DNA of 64,000 nucleotides, taken from assembly GCA_043820105.1 (NCBI GenBank), contig JBDREC010000088.1, positions 1 to 64,000 on the forward strand, given 5' to 3'. Below, in pieces: positions 62,317 to 64,000 of this stretch. This stretch comes from Pseudomonadota bacterium. GTDB lineage: Bacteria; Bdellovibrionota_F; JAHFAK01; JBDREC01. Position 1 is the stretch's first letter, and each line of letters opens with the position of its first letter. The notes below the pieces were generated by a model. It saw only the letters and a program-made list of their open reading frames with translations. It had not been told where the DNA came from and made no database searches. The position numbers were made by a program, and so were the translations under genes.

Positions 62317-63735
62317 ATGAAAAATATCTTCAAAAAATGGACCCCTCTTAAACCAAATACTAAATACCGAATACTGAATACTAACCACGGCCAGGCCCTA
62401 ATAATGTTCGCCCTCTCAGTCATGCTATTCATGGTCCTACTCAGCTTTGTTGCAAATATGTCTCGCTTAACAAACTATAAAATCCGCCTGCAAACAGCTG
62501 TAGATATGGCGGCCTATAATGCAGCGGCCATCATGGCTTATTATATGTCGAATGATTCGCCTGATGAGGATTCTGTGGCTGAGATAAACAGGGAAATAAT
62601 GATAGATTTCGTGAAATTTCGGGAGGGAGTAACTTTGGCGAATTGTTCTAAGATACCGACTGAACATGGTCCTAGAGAAAACTGTTATCCTGGTATGATG
62701 TTAGAAATGTCAGAATGTGATGCTGCCCCTGGAATTGGTCCCCCTTGTACACATCCTGGGGTTGGATCACGGGCAAGTGAATCAATAGATGCATATTATG
62801 ATGATTATTTGGCAAGAACCGAAAAAAGACATGAAAAAATCTATTATTTAATGTTAAATGCTTATAAAAACGCAATAACTTCTGCTAAAAAAACTATTGA
62901 AGCAAATTTACCTAATGTTGATGTAGAAAATGAACTTATAACAATTGCAAATCCATTAAAATTTATCCAGGAATCTGAAAATATTATCCCTTCATTTTAT
63001 TGCCCTGAAATACAAGCGGGATGGCAAACTGAATATAATTGTTTTTGCACATTATCCTCAAGTCCTGACCCAACATTTATGGCAATGCCTTATGATGAAA
63101 AAATAGGCTCTGTAAACCGCCGACTTATTTTTGACAGAACTAATTCTTCTGGTTATTTTTTAGTAGGCGTTGTTCAAAGTGCCCATGATCCGGTCTTTGA
63201 CCCAAGCACAAAAGAAAAGCCAGCCCCATTTGATTATATGAACTTTTCATCTGCCTTTGGAAGACATGATTTCCCGGCTATGCAGGCCTGGGCAGCTGCT
63301 GCGCCTTATAGAGATTGGAATGAAGTAACAAATTCAAGCGATACACCCATTAGAGACCCCTATTTAAAAGAATACATTCAAAGAACAGTTGATGTAATTC
63401 GTAATTGGCATCATGATCACAAGAGATATCATGAATATTGGAGTAGTCTTAATAATCTACATGGTGACTATTATGCTGAAGGCCCCCCTGATGAAACGGA
63501 TTACGCCCCTGACGCCCTCTTTTACCCAAATCCAAAATACAGAGTTCGCTTCATCCCTCTTGCTGGTGGAGAAGGACCATATGGATTAGGATTATATGGA
63601 AAAGATTCAAGTGCAAATCCATTTGAACTTTTTGGATTATCTGAGATATTATTTGGCAATGATGCATATGTAAATCATTTGGCTTCGTCAGGAGTGAATG
63701 CGCAGAATGCTTATAAGGCGTTGTTTAGGCATTGA
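62317..63735 (+). CDS. TadG-like pseudopilin (Tad N-terminal domain)
   Basis: HG|QALIMFALSVMLF...KIRLQTAVDMAAYNAA; Cys-rich variable body. Confidence 0.8.
   Translation: MKNIFKKWTPLKPNTKYRILNTNHGQALIMFALSVMLFMVLLSFVANMSRLTNYKIRLQTAVDMAAYNAAAIMAYYMSNDSPDEDSVAEINREIMIDFVKFREGVTLANCSKIPTEHGPRENCYPGMMLEMSECDAAPGIGPPCTHPGVGSRASESIDAYYDDYLARTEKRHEKIYYLMLNAYKNAITSAKKTIEANLPNVDVENELITIANPLKFIQESENIIPSFYCPEIQAGWQTEYNCFCTLSSSPDPTFMAMPYDEKIGSVNRRLIFDRTNSSGYFLVGVVQSAHDPVFDPSTKEKPAPFDYMNFSSAFGRHDFPAMQAWAAAAPYRDWNEVTNSSDTPIRDPYLKEYIQRTVDVIRNWHHDHKRYHEYWSSLNNLHGDYYAEGPPDETDYAPDALFYPNPKYRVRFIPLAGGEGPYGLGLYGKDSSANPFELFGLSEILFGNDAYVNHLASSGVNAQNAYKALFRH
62353..62382. repeat. Heptamer array (YRAATAC)n, right arm, inside the TadG-like leader
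   Basis: CAAATAC TAAATAC CGAATAC TGAATAC; complementary to 61841-61878. Confidence 0.9.
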
Positions 63736-63738
63736 GAA

Positions 63739-63792
63739 TAAGTGGTAAGTCGTAAGTGGTAAGTGGTAAGTGGTAAGTGGTAAGTCGTAAGT
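63739..63792. repeat. Heptamer array (TAAGTSG)7, left arm
   Basis: Seven TAAGTGG/TAAGTCG units directly after the stop of the TadG-like gene. Confidence 0.95.
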
Positions 63793-63885
63793 ATTTGTTG
63801 ATGAAGTTAAGGTTTTTTGATTTGAATTAAAGATTGAGCTAAGGAGCTTATAAATCAAATTCAGGACGCTAACAAAGAGGAATAA

Positions 63886-64000
63886 ATGAATAAAACCAAA
63901 AACATCCAAAAACTAGCAAAGCCCTTACGACTTACGACTTACCACTTACGACTTACCACTTACCACTTACCACTTACCACTTACCACTTACCACTTAAAC
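63886..64000 (+). CDS. 5' end of a probable third Tad-like pseudopilin (partial)
   Basis: AAGAGG RBS; MNKTKNIQKLAKPLRLTTYHLRLTTYHLPLTTYHLPLK is open to the window end and resembles the TadE leader LRHTTYNLRLK. Confidence 0.55.
   Translation, partial: MNKTKNIQKLAKPLRLTTYHLRLTTYHLPLTTYHLPLK
63924..63997. repeat. Heptamer array (CTTACSA)10, right arm
   Basis: Ten CTTACCA/CTTACGA units; reverse complement of 63739-63792. Confidence 0.95.

Noticed and set aside
63739-63997. CRISPR array
   Set aside because: Units are contiguous 7-mers without spacers, and there are no cas genes.

Overview
AT-rich bacterial window whose gene content suggests a deltaproteobacterial or Bdellovibrionota-like lineage (inference). 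It is dominated by secreted proteins and lipoproteins, many directly behind clear sigma-54 (-24/-12) promoters; 11 are visible, several with IHF-like boxes and a shared upstream motif at fixed spacing. Highlights: (1) a 1948-aa regulator fusing a catalytically degenerate XerC/D-like domain, a Ser/Thr kinase, a STAND-type ATPase, TPRs, a GAF domain and a sigma-54 activator; (2) very large exported proteins, one with JAB-like and EndoU-like motifs and no evident immunity gene; (3) three tandem, mosaic copies of a two-lipoprotein cassette; (4) the start of a Tad-like pseudopilin locus in which 7-bp tandem arrays lie inside each leader peptide and pair with antisense arrays, one pair bracketing a four-helix-bundle (23S-IVP/Avd-fold) gene. 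Also present: a type IV pilin, housekeeping transporters and enzymes, the 5' end of an IS110-family transposase, two dispersed repeat families and a decayed metallopeptidase. No rRNA, tRNA or CRISPR array was seen. All family assignments are by-eye motif recognition, not database searches.
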